A stretch of DNA of 64,000 nt from Phallusia mammillata (lineage: Eukaryota), in assembly GCA_965637545.1 (NCBI GenBank), contig OZ281496.1:26288001-26352000 (forward strand), written 5' to 3'. Positions within the stretch are counted from its first letter, which is position 1. Each line of letters starts with the position of its first letter. The notes below the pieces were generated by a model. That model was not told where the DNA came from and did not search any database. It worked only from the letters and a program-made list of their open reading frames with translations. Shown here one piece after another: positions 45,179-57,259 of the stretch. Made by a program: the position numbers and the translations under genes.

Positions 45179-48100
45179 TTACTTCCTCTCCGCTTTCAAT
45201 GGCATTTCGTAAGCATCACTCGGACGTTCTTCTGTTTTACGAATTGATTCGTAAACATTCTGAAACAAAGTTATAAAGCGAACGCATTAGGCTGTGACTT
45301 TTTTGAAACAGGTTAAGTTGACGTTGTAACAGACAACTTGAAATGATTGTACCTCACCTGCCCGTTAGGCTGAGTTGGACTGAAAACCATATAACCGTGT
45401 TGGTCTGAAACGATATCAGTTACTTTTGCTGGTTTTCTTACTAGTTATCAGAAATCAGGAAGAACTAAAGCTGACCGAAGGTGTTATTTTACTTAAAAGC
45501 CTACAAAAAAATAACTTGACTTTTACCTGTCGACACATCAACGTCCTCAACTAGGTTTTCGTAAACTTTCTTCTGTGCATCATTCTGCTGAAAAAAGTCA
45601 AAGTAATATTGTTTACATTAATTGTTTGGTTGGAACTTCGCAAAAAGTCATACCGATGTCGGATGTTGCTGGTTCGGGTGTTTTTCAGGCGACTGATACT
45701 CATTTTCCGCCTCTACTATTATCTCTGCAATACATAACAAACTGAATGTCGTGCTTAATCCGCACATACCGTTAAGATTTCATTGTTCAAACTGTCGTAG
45801 CACTGATTTTGATAACTCAAACTTCTGGCAACTTTGCAAAACACGTATTGACTGTAAAGTGGAGTGAAATATAGTTTCTAAGAAAATCTGGTGGCACAAG
45901 CCCGAAACCCCGCCCTAACCCGAAGCATTTAGAGCCTAAGCGCTGTCTGACTTTAATGTCTGTACCGAATGGCGCTGTAGCCTACTACAGAGTTGTAAAC
46001 GGGCCTGAAATTGGAGCCCGTAACCGTCCCGAACCCGAAAGCACAAGCCCGAAACCCGTCCCGAAGCCCATTCCATTTTGAAAAGCCCGTTTAGGCCCGA
46101 ATCAGGCACGTTTTTTGAAGAAACCTTATCCCGAACCCGGCCGGAAAAGACCGACCCGACTTACAACTATGCTCTACTAACTGTAGATTTTCTACGCATG
46201 TGTGTTTTCTCCGAATTTATAGACCAGATATAATTACCACTAGGGTCAGGTAATTTAATCATACCGATCGAAGAAAAGCATCCCTTCGAACTTTGCTTCA
46301 TCCACAGAACCAATGTTGCACCTCCAATGACAATCAGCAATGCAGCTACACATGCACCAAGAATGGTTGGTAGATTGGAATGACTTGATTGGGTAGTGGT
46401 TGTTGCCTTGGTGATGGTGGGCGTTGCTTGATTAGTAACCAACACCTCGAATTTAATCAGCGTTTCAGAAATGGCGGATACAATTTTGAGAGTGTATGAT
46501 CCATTATCAGACTCCGTCACCTTTAGCATTACGATGTATAAGATCGATTTTAGACACAGTTCGATGCCAACGGTCCCTTCTATTTTGTCATTTATGTGAT
46601 TATTATACGCACAGGCGCCACCGGTGGTAAACCGAGGACCTTTGTGAGGGACGTTACGTGTGCAGAACAGATTTTTTTTCGTTTAACTAGTGCGCATGCA
46701 TAAAGCGTATTGGAGAAAATGATTATATATCCACAATGTAATTGTTGACCTTTTCTCTCACGAAGAAAAGTACGTGTCGGTCTTGCTGTGTTTCCAAATT
46801 GGCAATGGCATCATAGGAAATTTTCGTATCTGCAACATATATACATTTGACATGTTGGTAACTTACACACTTTTACTTCAAATTGTGAGTCTGGCTTCCA
46901 GTGACGCGTGCATGTTTTTATTTTGGCTTTGCGGTATTCTTACCGTTTTTGATCAAACTTATTTGCGTTGCTGGTGGGTTTGCAAAAAATGTAATGGAAC
47001 AATTTCCTTTTGTGCCAACAATCCATTCGCACACTGTGGTAGTATTGGAATACGCATCTGTAAAGAAATAATGACAGGTACCAAAATTGCTGGTGCTTGT
47101 ATATGTACAAACATTGAAGATGCTTACAAGAGACGTTAAGGAGGATAGTTCTGGATTGTCCTAGGTCTCCATATACTACAGTGTAGTTTGAAAAGGCTTG
47201 GCAAGCAATGGTTTTTCTGTCCCATGTGGGTGTAAGGGAAACGGTCATACTGGAACCAGCAGCCTGTGTACATTATTTTGATACAGCAACGATTTGTAAA
47301 TTTGCAGCACCAATGGCAGCTTTAAACGCTGAACTAACTTATCAACTTAGATGGCTGTTCCGAGTTTAATAATTACTTTACAAAAATTACAAGTGAAATG
47401 TAATTTACACAATTTATAACTTATTGTTTATTAGACAAATCCAAGCAATGCATTAAATGGACTTCCCACGCCAATATGGATGCCTTCTAATTATTAAAGT
47501 TGTTCTAATAGTGGGTGGACTTCGTTTAAACTCACACGAACCTTTATCTTGTTTCCGTTAATGAGAAACTGTACTGACGTCACTGGTGGATATACGTCAC
47601 TGGTATAGTTGCAAAAGAAAGCTACGTTGGTTCCGGATAAGTAAAGTTCTTCAATCACCAATACCACAGATGGCACTAAACCAATATAAATTGGCTTTAG
47701 TTTCCTTTGGCCAAAAGTAACGAATTACACTGACTAATTGAACAGTCAAGATAAAGTTATTACTGTTCCAGCATTGCAACGTATGCTGACTTTCCCAGTT
47801 GGCGGATGCAAGGCATACAGTTTGATTGGTCGCTGATGTTTTTGTTGAGTTGACGTCATGAAGAATCCCCTTGGCTCGACATTGAAAGATTCCTCTTGAA
47901 TTAAATGTGTTGGACGTCGATGTCACTGCAAGATGCCTGCTGATGTTTAATGGACATCCTGCATAGCAAAACACAAAACAGTTAACAACATGAATTACAT
48001 ACGAACAAAAATTCGATATGCGTTGATGTTTGTTTTGTCGGTCCAAAAAACACCATGGGTTCCAATCCCACCTCAGGTGTAGGTTTCTGTCAAAACTTTA

Positions 48101-49009
48101 TCCCCCACACTTAGAGCTTCAGCAATTCACTTTAGGATACGCAACCGAAAAAAAGAAAAAATGCTTTTACCTTTAACGTTCAGGACAATAGAAGCAAATT
48201 GCTTGGTGTAACTATAAATTCCAATGGACCTTCCATTTTCGTATTCAAGAACGCCAACAACTGTCATTTTGACGACAGTAGTCGTTGTTCTGTTGCCGTT
48301 CTTAGCAGTACCCCTTTGAGAATGAGAATTTAAGAATTAATCTTGTTATATGGCATTGTTCATGTAAGGTATGGCTAAACTTTTATCACTAGCGCATTTT
48401 ACCACACTTGTGTTGTGCATGAACTTATTGTGTGTTAGTAGACAGTGTGAACACATAAACGTGTCGGAGAGAAATACGTTCAAATTTTATGGACCGAAAT
48501 TCACTCACCATGAAAAGACAACAGGGCTCCCTGAATTAATGTTTGTTGGAATAAACTGCGCAGCGCCTTTTTTAATGGTAAGAGTCCCAAGGACTTTCTG
48601 TAAAATCAGTACATTTCAAGTTTGAAATACTGGTTTCTGTGGTCTATTGCAACAAACTATAGTAATGAGCAGTATTTGCTTATGCTAACATTGTATTTAT
48701 TCCATCTGACAGTATCGGAAAAGTTCTCCCAGGTGTCAAATCGAGTTGTAACGGTGAAATTCGAACCAATTGCTTGTGTTGGCCATGGAAACTTTTCCAC
48801 AACCGAAAACCGTATTTCCTCGCCGGAAACATATATAACTAAAAAAAAGGTTTTTTGCGTGTTGAAGTAAAAATGTGCTTTAAACGTTAAACACGCATTT
48901 TGGACAAACAGTTCGTAGGCTATTCTACGAGCTACTAATAAAATTTTATCTAACTTATTGCAAACTCACCTGCAAACAACAGAAATAACTTTCCCAAAAT
49001 TTTTGCCAT
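45179..49009 (-). CDS. Type I membrane receptor: V-like Ig + sushi-like + two Ig domains + TM + tyrosine-rich tail (about 14 exons)
   Basis: Signal peptide MAKILGKLFLLFA|VIYVSG (exon 49009-48970). Phase-compatible exons at 48838-48690, 48597-48509, 48313-48171, 47958-47764 (C..C..C..W..C), 47675-47536, 47263-47128, 47057-46944, from 46829, and about 46520-46265 (VTESDNGSYTLKI...TM ILGACVAALLIVIGGATLVLWM). Tail exons 45724-45654, 45587-45527, 45440-45358 and 45259-45179. Confidence 0.78.
45988..46171. mobile_element. MITE (same family as 38433-38739) in a receptor intron
   Basis: TIRs CAGAGTTGTAA / TTACAACTATG (10/11), CCCGAA repeats, and flanks GCCTACTA / CTCTACTA (6/8, a possible 8-bp TSD). 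Confidence 0.7.
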
Positions 49010-49847
49010 TTTTTCGATATTGTTTTAAAATTTTGCTTCTGAACAGGTAGGCCTATATAAAGATAAAAGGACTACAAACAAATACTTGGAAAGCATATAA
49101 CAACCTTCTCAACTTTTGCAACATCTACTTGTCAATCTGAAAAAATACTATAACGCCCATTTACGTAAAAGGTACATAAGTTACCATGTCGGATACATTC
49201 CACTTTCGCCTCTTCACTGGAAGCAGAATGTTGTGTAGGTTCTGCTTGTTATGGCGTGAGTCGTTGTGTTCTCTGACCAATTGAGGACTTTGTGTGTCCG
49301 ACTAAATCTGCCCAGACTTTTTTTCGGTATAATTTTTCTTGTTAAACGTTACTGTCCCCTCCCTATCTCGGGTCGTTGGCTTAACAATCCCATTCGGTTC
49401 ATCCCACCAATGGAATAGCCCCTAGCAAAACGACGTCTTGCAAGAGCGGTGGAGCTGCAACGCAGAAGGTCATCATAGATATGTTGTGTAATTCACTGTT
49501 TTACTTTCAATTCCTTCATAACGTTTCAACGTTGAGCAATTTCCGATTGGTAATCGTTTTGACAAGGCGAAATAAACTCAGCTCAAGTTGTTAGCTTCAT
49601 TAACTTAAAGCCAATTGAACAGATTCGCCGTGTACATGAAGCTACCCATAAGTTGTTTAATTGTGTCCAGCAAAATGAATTGTTTTTTTAACTTGTTTCA
49701 AGATTTGACCGAAGTTTCACGTTAGCTTCCATATGGGTTCAACAACATTACGCCCAGCAAAAAAATAATTACATTACACGGCAAGCTGAGTGAGAAATCA
49801 TCTTTGACTTTTACTTGCAGGCTTGAGTCAAAATCTTTCCTTTAAAT

Positions 49848-50046
49848 CAGTGGTCGGCAACCGCCGGTCCGCGAGTAGTTCGTTACCGGGCCGCATAATT
49901 TTTCAGGTTAAATGCTCTAAAACATTTTGCTCATGTATCCCGGGGATGATAAACTAATTTAGGCGTTTTTATTGCTAGATATATGTAGCTTTTTGAAGAC
50001 CGGTCCGCGATAAAATTTTAGTTTCAAAAACGGTTGCCGACCCCTG
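49848..50046. mobile_element. hAT-type MITE
   Basis: TIRs CAGTGGTCGGCAACC / GGTTGCCGACCCCTG; flanks CTTTAAAT / CTTCAAAT (7/8 TSD). Confidence 0.8.
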
Positions 50047-50582
50047 CTTCAAATAACTCTTTGATATTTTGGCAGACACCCCAACTAAAAACGATTTCCT
50101 GTTTAATTTGTCAAAAAGCAGAAGCAATGCAATGCAAGTGGCACCATCTGTTTATCGCACACAACAAAATGCAATCGTCAACACGCCAAATAAAACGGGA
50201 AATTTTGTTTTTAGGTAAAGTTAACACATGTGCACTTTTCGATGGGAAATATTTTTTAACGTAGCACATTTGACATGTATAATGTATACAAAACAGCTTT
50301 CGTTGTTACATTTTTTGCTATACTTCTAGATTTCAGAATAAAAAACAAAAACAACACAGACCTTTGCTTTTAAACATAACATAAAAAAGCAGAACCTAAA
50401 TAGAGCAATGTCAGCTTCATATATAATCAACATCATATACACAAAAGAAGGTCTAATATTTTATGCAGTTTTAGGAAAACACTGAAAGTGCATGAACTTT
50501 TTTATAACACAATCTAAAAAAGTTTTATGAAATCATGATTCATTGCACATTAACAAATAATAATGTAGTACAAGTTGATGCT

Positions 50583-52646
50583 TCATTTGTTTTCTTCTTC
50601 TTCCTTATAGCAAAAAGCAAGGTCTAAACTGTAATAAACACCCCAAAACACAAAGAAAAATGACAGCAACACTAGTAAGTGAAGGGTTCTTTCTGATAAA
50701 GCTTCAGTAACATCAAACAATAGTGGTGTTCCAGCAGGACAAGAAAAGTTTGCATTAATATTCCCACTAAATGAATTCTGAAGCATTTTTTGTCGATTGG
50801 CAATGTCTGATGTTGTCAAATTTGAACCATAAATCTGAATTTGCCAACTTTTCAGGACATTCACTTTTGCTTGCTTTCTTGAAGTGTCATAGATTTTTAA
50901 CTGATACTTCCCATAAGAGGATTCTCCCCAACATTTTACAGTCATGAAAGTCCAATCTGATAAACCAGCGTCTGATTTGTCTTTTTTCCTTGGAAATATA
51001 ATGGATTCTGTACCACTTGGGCACACAATCACAAATTTTAAGCTTCCCCTAAAACTGTGCTTGACATTAACGGTAACAAGCACTGATTCCAAAGTATTTA
51101 TCATGTGGTCTAAGCTTTGCTGAACAGAAACTTGGCACTCAACTGTCAAAGGTTTAGTTACAGATTTTACTATTGCCAAGTTGTGCCCAGGACAAGTTGG
51201 TTGGTATGTCGTCAACCAAGGAACACTTTCCCATACTTTAGCTGCATTTACCAGCCTCCAAGCATTCAACTGTCCGAATCCATGCTGGTTGCTATGAAAA
51301 AAGCCAGCAGCATTTTGAACCCAATTATCTTTGGCTGAAGATGCATATTTGTCACTGTTTAATGGTATTGATGTCAACACAATGATGTGCTGAATGTCCC
51401 TCCATTGCAAACAAGGCCTCACTTCAAGCATCAGTGCTATCATGCCAGCAGCCAAAGGGGTAGCAGCAGATGTTCCTGTATGTTGTGTTGTACACTGTTG
51501 TGAGCGATGGCCAAGAGTCCAATCAGTTGTGGCAATGCTTCGACCAGGGGCACCACTGCTAACAGTACAAGCTAACATTGATGTGCACTGTTCAGCATAG
51601 GAAGGTGTTTGTCCATATTCATTTATTGCACCGATGGTTATTGTATAAATAGAGTTTGCATAGCCATCATAATTACAGTTATCATCATTGTCTCCACCAT
51701 TTCCACTGGCAACAACAAAAACAGAACCAAAACCAGACCTTCCTGCAACAATTCCATGTTTTAGAGCAGTTTGGGCAAGGTTTCTTGGTCCATCAACAGT
51801 TTTTCCATCATCCTCGGGACCCCATGAACAGCTGTATACATCATTGACATCCATGTGCTTATTGAATGCAGTTGCTTCCAGTGAGTCTGTCATTGGACCA
51901 TCTAAAATTCTGATCCCACTAAATCGTGAATCATATGCAATGCCAACTCCACATACTGAGTTTCTCACAGCTGAAATTTCACCAGCACATCTAGTCCCAT
52001 GCTTGTTTTCTTCTGCTTTGTCATATTCTGGAGAAGGATCATCATCATCTGAATTTAAATCAAAACTGCCATTTGCACAGTAGTTGTCTTTTAGATCTGG
52101 ATGCCTCCATTCCACCCCATCATCTATGATAGCAACAACCACTCCTTTTCCAGTGATACCCATGCCCCATACACCAGTCACATTGCAGTCTAAGCCAGAT
52201 GCCTTTGAATTATACAAATGCCATTGCTCTTGAAATAAAGGGTCCCGAAATGAACTCATATCAAACAGTTTGTTTTTATTATTTATAAAGCGCCGCTTGT
52301 CTCTTTTGAGAATTTCTTGATGTTCTGTCCATTCTATTTTTGGATGATCAAGCATCTGTTTGTTAGAAGACCTTGTGTCATTTGGAACAAATACATAGTA
52401 CCCCTTGAGCTCACCAACTTGACCAAGATTGATGAAACCTAACTCATTTGCTACATAATTTGCTTCTAAAATGAGTGAGTCCTTTTCCTGACTTGAATCA
52501 GAATTCAGTTTTACGGACCAAGTGTAAGACAGGCTGGATGTTTTATGTGTTTGCAAGTAACTATTAATTGTAGGTAATATGTGCAATTCTGCTTTTACAA
52601 TTGTTAATACCAAAAGCTGCACTCCAACAAAGAACAAACACACCAT
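50583..52646 (-). CDS. PCSK7: Proprotein convertase 7-like subtilisin/kexin protease, 687 aa, single coding exon
   Basis: Signal peptide; prodomain ending KRDKR; catalytic motifs IIDDG, HGTRCAGE, SGNGG and HTGTSAA; PC7-like segments GPMTDSLEATAFNKHMDVNDVYSCSWGPEDDGKTVDGP and HSNQHGFGQLNAWRLVNAAK; P domain; C-terminal TM. Confidence 0.92.
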   Translation of the reverse strand: MVCLFFVGVQLLVLTIVKAELHILPTINSYLQTHKTSSLSYTWSVKLNSDSSQEKDSLILEANYVANELGFINLGQVGELKGYYVFVPNDTRSSNKQMLDHPKIEWTEHQEILKRDKRRFINNKNKLFDMSSFRDPLFQEQWHLYNSKASGLDCNVTGVWGMGITGKGVVVAIIDDGVEWRHPDLKDNYCANGSFDLNSDDDDPSPEYDKAEENKHGTRCAGEISAVRNSVCGVGIAYDSRFSGIRILDGPMTDSLEATAFNKHMDVNDVYSCSWGPEDDGKTVDGPRNLAQTALKHGIVAGRSGFGSVFVVASGNGGDNDDNCNYDGYANSIYTITIGAINEYGQTPSYAEQCTSMLACTVSSGAPGRSIATTDWTLGHRSQQCTTQHTGTSAATPLAAGMIALMLEVRPCLQWRDIQHIIVLTSIPLNSDKYASSAKDNWVQNAAGFFHSNQHGFGQLNAWRLVNAAKVWESVPWLTTYQPTCPGHNLAIVKSVTKPLTVECQVSVQQSLDHMINTLESVLVTVNVKHSFRGSLKFVIVCPSGTESIIFPRKKDKSDAGLSDWTFMTVKCWGESSYGKYQLKIYDTSRKQAKVNVLKSWQIQIYGSNLTTSDIANRQKMLQNSFSGNINANFSCPAGTPLLFDVTEALSERTLHLLVLLSFFFVFWGVYYSLDLAFCYKEEEENK

Positions 52647-54101
52647 AGTGTTCCTGATGTGTGTGTCCTCCTATTCATATCTAGGCCAGCATATGCTTAT
52701 GTAAGACATGATTTATGATTAGCATATATCAACGCCAATCGCATGACTACAAATTGCCCATTTATAAATTTCAGGGCAATAGCATGCTAAAAAACCTTTA
52801 AAAAGTTTGGAAAAGTTAATGTAAAACTGTCACAATTTGAAACATCACCCATTTCTTAAATCTACTTATGGTGTAGTAGTTAAACTAAAAATCGTTACAA
52901 TTGGACAAATATCGTCTTTTTAAGTCAACGTAAAAAAGAAGTTTCTCAAACAATAATATTATTTTATAGACTGAAAAAAACACCGCTTTTTTAGATGTCG
53001 GATGAGACGAAGGTTCCGCGAAATTATTCATGCGTGCTACAATCCACGTTTGCGGCAAACTTTGTTCGCAAAGCACAAACTGACGTTGTTTCTGAAAACG
53101 AAGTAAAAAGTTCAGTTTGTCTTTCGTTGAAAAGCGGCGGTAACAATTTTGATGGCGTTTAGATAAGTACCATAATTTGGTGTGAAATTTTTTGATTTGC
53201 TTTCAGGAATAATTAAAAAAAAAATGTTAGTGTTGTGAAATTTCACCAGACTCCAACATTGAACAACATCCAATGATCAAAACAATATACAACCATGGTC
53301 TTGCCTGTGTCCATTCCTGCACAAGAGGATATTAATTCAATATAGTATCAACTGGCTTTGATTTTGGTATTTGGTACAGCATTAATATATGTTTGCATCT
53401 ATTTTGACTTGTGACGGTACCAAATGGTTCTTTTCGGACAGTGATTGAGATTGGACAGTGATTGAGATGAAAATGAGATTTCATTTATGACATGAAGTGA
53501 TTCTTGCATCAGTAATTAACTCAATAAAATGGTGAGTATATGTTTACTATAGAATCTTTACAAAAAACAGGGTCCTTATTTGTCGCAATGTTTTAGAAAT
53601 TCATCACCACACTAAAAAATAGCAAGCTTACACATCTTTGGGGAAGTCCACATTTTACCAACGACTTTATGTGTTGCATCAAAATGCTTCTGGATCAATT
53701 TGAAAACTTATCCTCGAAACATTAAAGGTAATGCATTGGTATTAGTTCAGTTTGTTTTTATTTCAAACCCCTACTGCTACTGGTAGATTGATATAAGTGA
53801 AAACCTAAAATATGCTAAGCAATTTTAAAAGACTACAGATTACAAAGCAAGTAAAGATTGCCTTCTTCAAAAGTCAATTGGAACTCTGATGAATTGCTGG
53901 AAATTAAACTTTGGGAAAGTGACAGCAACAGTTATGTGAAATTTTCATCTGATGCATTGATCTCAGAAAAGTTGACTGAAAAACAGCTTTTAGGCATAGT
54001 TAATTGAAACCAATGAAAAAATAATGAGCTAATTCTAACAATATTTCAAATTACTTTCAATGTGGGCAAAAAGATTCAAGCCAGTATTTAGGTGAAAAAC
54101 A

Positions 54102-54141
54102 TCACAACGTTTCGACTGTTTCTTCTGTCATCGTCAGGTGA
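54102..54141 (-). ncRNA. Minimal type I hammerhead ribozyme motif (Penelope-like-element type)
   Basis: The minus strand reads UCAC-CUGACGA-U-GAC(AGAAGAAACA)GUC-GAAAC-GUU-GUGA. This gives an intact core CUGANGA/GAAA, helix I UCAC/GUGA, helix II GAC/GUC and a palindromic AACGUU helix III. Confidence 0.6.
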
Positions 54142-54377
54142 ATTAAAACCAACAGAAGGGATGTGACTTGGTAAAAGTTACGGCAAAGTTAAAGATAAAA
54201 GCAACTTTCACTGTGTCGGTGGTAACAGTCGTCTTCCCACTTTCAAAATAATTAAGTCAGTGCCTCCTTAGCCGACAGGCAACCTGGAACCCCACAAAAG
54301 TGAAATGATATCAAAACACAACCATTCTGTTGTGTAACACCACTGCCTGCTTTTTTGCATGTCCAACATGTATATAT

Positions 54378-54874
54378 CAGGGAGTCGAACCGCTTGTCAT
54401 ACGGGTTCAGGTTCGGTTCGGGTTCACTTGGTTTTGTTTTTAACGGTTCGGGTTCGGTTCAGGTTTTTAAAAATGTATATTTTCGGGTTTTGTTCCGGTT
54501 CGGGCAAATTATCCGGTCCGAACCGGTTTGCGGTTTTTAAACCGGTTCAAATTTTTATTTGTTTTAATTCCAATTCCACCCATCATCACCCTGGCCTAAT
54601 CAAACTCCAAAAAATTTTTGCCCGAGCACTGTTAATTTTGACACGCCCTATAAGTGTTATCTCGCGTATTTTTCAGTGCGCTGTTTTGAAAAAAATCACA
54701 AATTAAAAAAGACCGCATTTTTTAGTGGTTCGATTCCGGTTCGGGTCCAACGCCAAACAAAATATAGGGTTCAACTCCAGTTCGGGTTTTTGAAAAATCG
54801 TAATTAGCGGTTCGGGTTTACAGAAATTAACCGCTCAAACCGGTTCGCGGGTTCAGTTCCGGTTCGACTCCCTG
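54378..54874. mobile_element. hAT (Ac-like) MITE with many GGTTCG subterminal repeats
   Basis: Perfect TIRs CAGGGAGTCGAACC / GGTTCGACTCCCTG and a perfect 8-bp TSD GTATATAT (54370-54377 and 54875-54882). Confidence 0.92.
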
Positions 54875-54976
54875 GTATATATATAGCGAGACGTCATAAA
54901 TTGTTTGGCAAAACTTTTGTCAGAGGGAGACCAAACGCTGGGCTACTGTACAGAACGCAGTGTCAGTATTTGTGTG

Positions 54977-55792
54977 TGTTACGAATAAAATTACAACTTT
55001 CTTTATTGCACTGTTTTGCCACTTGTTTAGTTTGTTGTTTTGTCACTATATGTTTTCCTTTTCTCGTAATATGATTTATTGGTTTATTGCACAGTTTTGT
55101 TATTGCTTTGGTCTGTTGGTTCGTCGACATACGTTCATACGCGATTCATTTCCATATGTTGCGAACATTATTATCTTTGTTTATTCGTTTTCTGTCCCGG
55201 CACTACGTTTGGTTGTTGCACTGTCACTATATGTTATCCGTCTTTTCTGTTTGTGTTTCACCATTGGTGTTGTTTTACGTAGGTTTCTCAACCTACCTTG
55301 CGTATATTTGTTTCTCACAGCAGACTTTCATTTTGTTTTATTTCCTATTCGTTTCGAATGCAACCCACCGTGTTGCCTTGGCATTCCTGCGCGTGTCCCT
55401 AATTACGAACATCCTCGGGACTTAGCTTAATTTGCCTCAAGAATAACTGCTGTTTTCTCCTCGTGGCTGGCTCCCTAACGTGAGGGCTGTGAAAATGTGA
55501 TCAGGCAGACTTGGTTGGTCGGCCTTGGTAGAACGTGCTTTTTGGCTTGTGAGATCTTTTATCTATTTGTCCGTTTTTACATCGTGTTTTTAAGTGCTAC
55601 GTTGGCCCGATTGTGTTGTCGAGAACCGTGCTTATTTTACTCCGCTTTTATAATAAGAACAAAGGATATATTGCATATTTTGTTACTGTTTTGCAAAAGA
55701 ATTAAGAGTAGCGCGCGGTCTAGTTATTGGTTTTACCGGCTAGCCGTTAGAGCAGCGTCCTGAACCTTAGGCGCAGAAATAGTAGCGCTACA
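54977..55792 (+). repeat. 5' LTR
   Basis: TGTTACG...GCTACA, 816 bp, matching 60708-61523. The only mismatch noticed is 55424 A versus 61155 T. Confidence 0.95.
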
Positions 55793-55795
55793 AAT

Positions 55796-55813
55796 TGGCG
55801 AGCACGCCAGGAC
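55796..55813 (+). other. Primer-binding site, probably tRNA-Arg
   Basis: TGGCGAGCACGCCAGGAC begins 3 nt after the LTR. It closely resembles the complement of the metazoan tRNA-Arg(ACG) 3' end (TGGCGAGCCAGCCAGGAG). Confidence 0.7.
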
Positions 55814-55872
55814 GCTGCAGCCGCGCACGACCGCGCGCTTCACTGCCGACCAAGTAAGTTGATTTTATTTTC

Positions 55873-57259
55873 ATGGCTTTGAACGTGTGTATGAACCCGC
55901 CCCGATTTATGATCGGTGATGATTTTAATAGTTTTATTGAAGTTTTTAATTCGTATTGTGCAAGCGTGAAAGCGACAGAAGAAGTCAAAAAACATTTACT
56001 GCTTACGCACGTCGACAAAGATTTTTTGTGGGACTTAACTGATGGTGCTAATGTGTATAAGTACTCCTTTGACGAATTGGTATCCAAAGCAAAAGAACAT
56101 GATTTTAACCACGGCCAAGTGCTGCGCCACGATCTTATGGATAGGGTACAACAACCAAACGAATCCCCACGGGCCTTCGTATATGCACTGCAATCACTGG
56201 CCGATAGAGGGTACCCTAAGGCAGAAGACGCCCACGTTAAGAACGAAGTGCTATTTCTGGCGCTTGTCAAGGGGCTATCTGATCGAAGTTTGGCTTCTGA
56301 CGTTGTGCGCAACGTAAAGTCCAGAGAGTTTGTCGCTGCAGCAAAGGTCGCCATAGGCGCCGGGCCCCCAAATCCCTCCTTGCGTTTTCCAGTTTCAGGG
56401 TTGGAAAAGCGACCGGAGACCCAAGAAGTGCCGAGATGCCATTCAGCGGATTGACGCCAACCTTCAACAGTGTATGTCGTCCTTCAGACGCGATTTAGAC
56501 GCCATGCGCGCGGACATTGTTCAGTTTCGGGCAGACATATGTACAAAACCGGATAGGTACAACCGCACTGCACCAACAAGGAACGGTAAGCCTAGTATAC
56601 GTGCATGTTTTGCGTGTGGTTCACGAGAGCACCTGGTTCGAAGTTGTACAATGGGCAGACCAAACAGACAAACAAGCAAAGATTTAATTCCGGTTGTTCG
56701 TAGCGCAACAAGGCCATCTGCAACGTCACCCCGGGTGGTGAAGAAAAGAGAGGAAACTTGTCCAAAGCAGCAGCATGTCGCCGAAACGTGCAGCGTCCGT
56801 GAAAAACTCTACCGGTATGTAAATATTAAGATCTGCAAACGTCGGGTATGTGCCCTGGTTGATACGGGGGCGTCTGTAACTGTTATTCACAAGCGCGTAT
56901 GGGACTCGCTGTCCAAAGGCGAAGCTTGTCTATCGCCTGTTCCCAATACCGTTAGGTTTTCTAATGCCGACGGGGGCGAGCTACTTATAAACGGGCAATG
57001 TAACCTGACGATCGAAGTCGGCAACATCACTGACGAGTTTTTGGTGTACGTGACCTCTAACATTCAAGAAGATTGTATACTTGGTTTAGATTTCCTGCAG
57101 CGTAACCACTTTAACCTATGTTACGAAAACCGAACACTTTGGAGCAGGAGTTGCACGTTACCGCTACTGAGTTCGCGATTCAACCTGAAAGGAGCTGACG
57201 TGTGCTTGATTCAGCAAGCAACTCTTCCTGCACACACTGAGGTATGTGTCTGGGGGTAA
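55873..57259 (+). CDS. gag: Gag (capsid-like + CCHC knuckle) and aspartic protease, split by a frameshift near 56431
   Basis: Gag motif RVQQPNESPRAFVYALQSLADRGYP, zinc knuckle CFACGSREHLVRSC, and protease active site ALVDTGAS. Removing one C at 56431-56432 joins TQEV to RDAIQRIDANL. Confidence 0.88.

Noticed and set aside
54960-55763. Hydrophobic 67-163 aa ORFs here and at 60670-61494
   Set aside because: They lie in the T-rich LTRs, are duplicated with them and occur in several frames, so they are compositional artefacts and not env.
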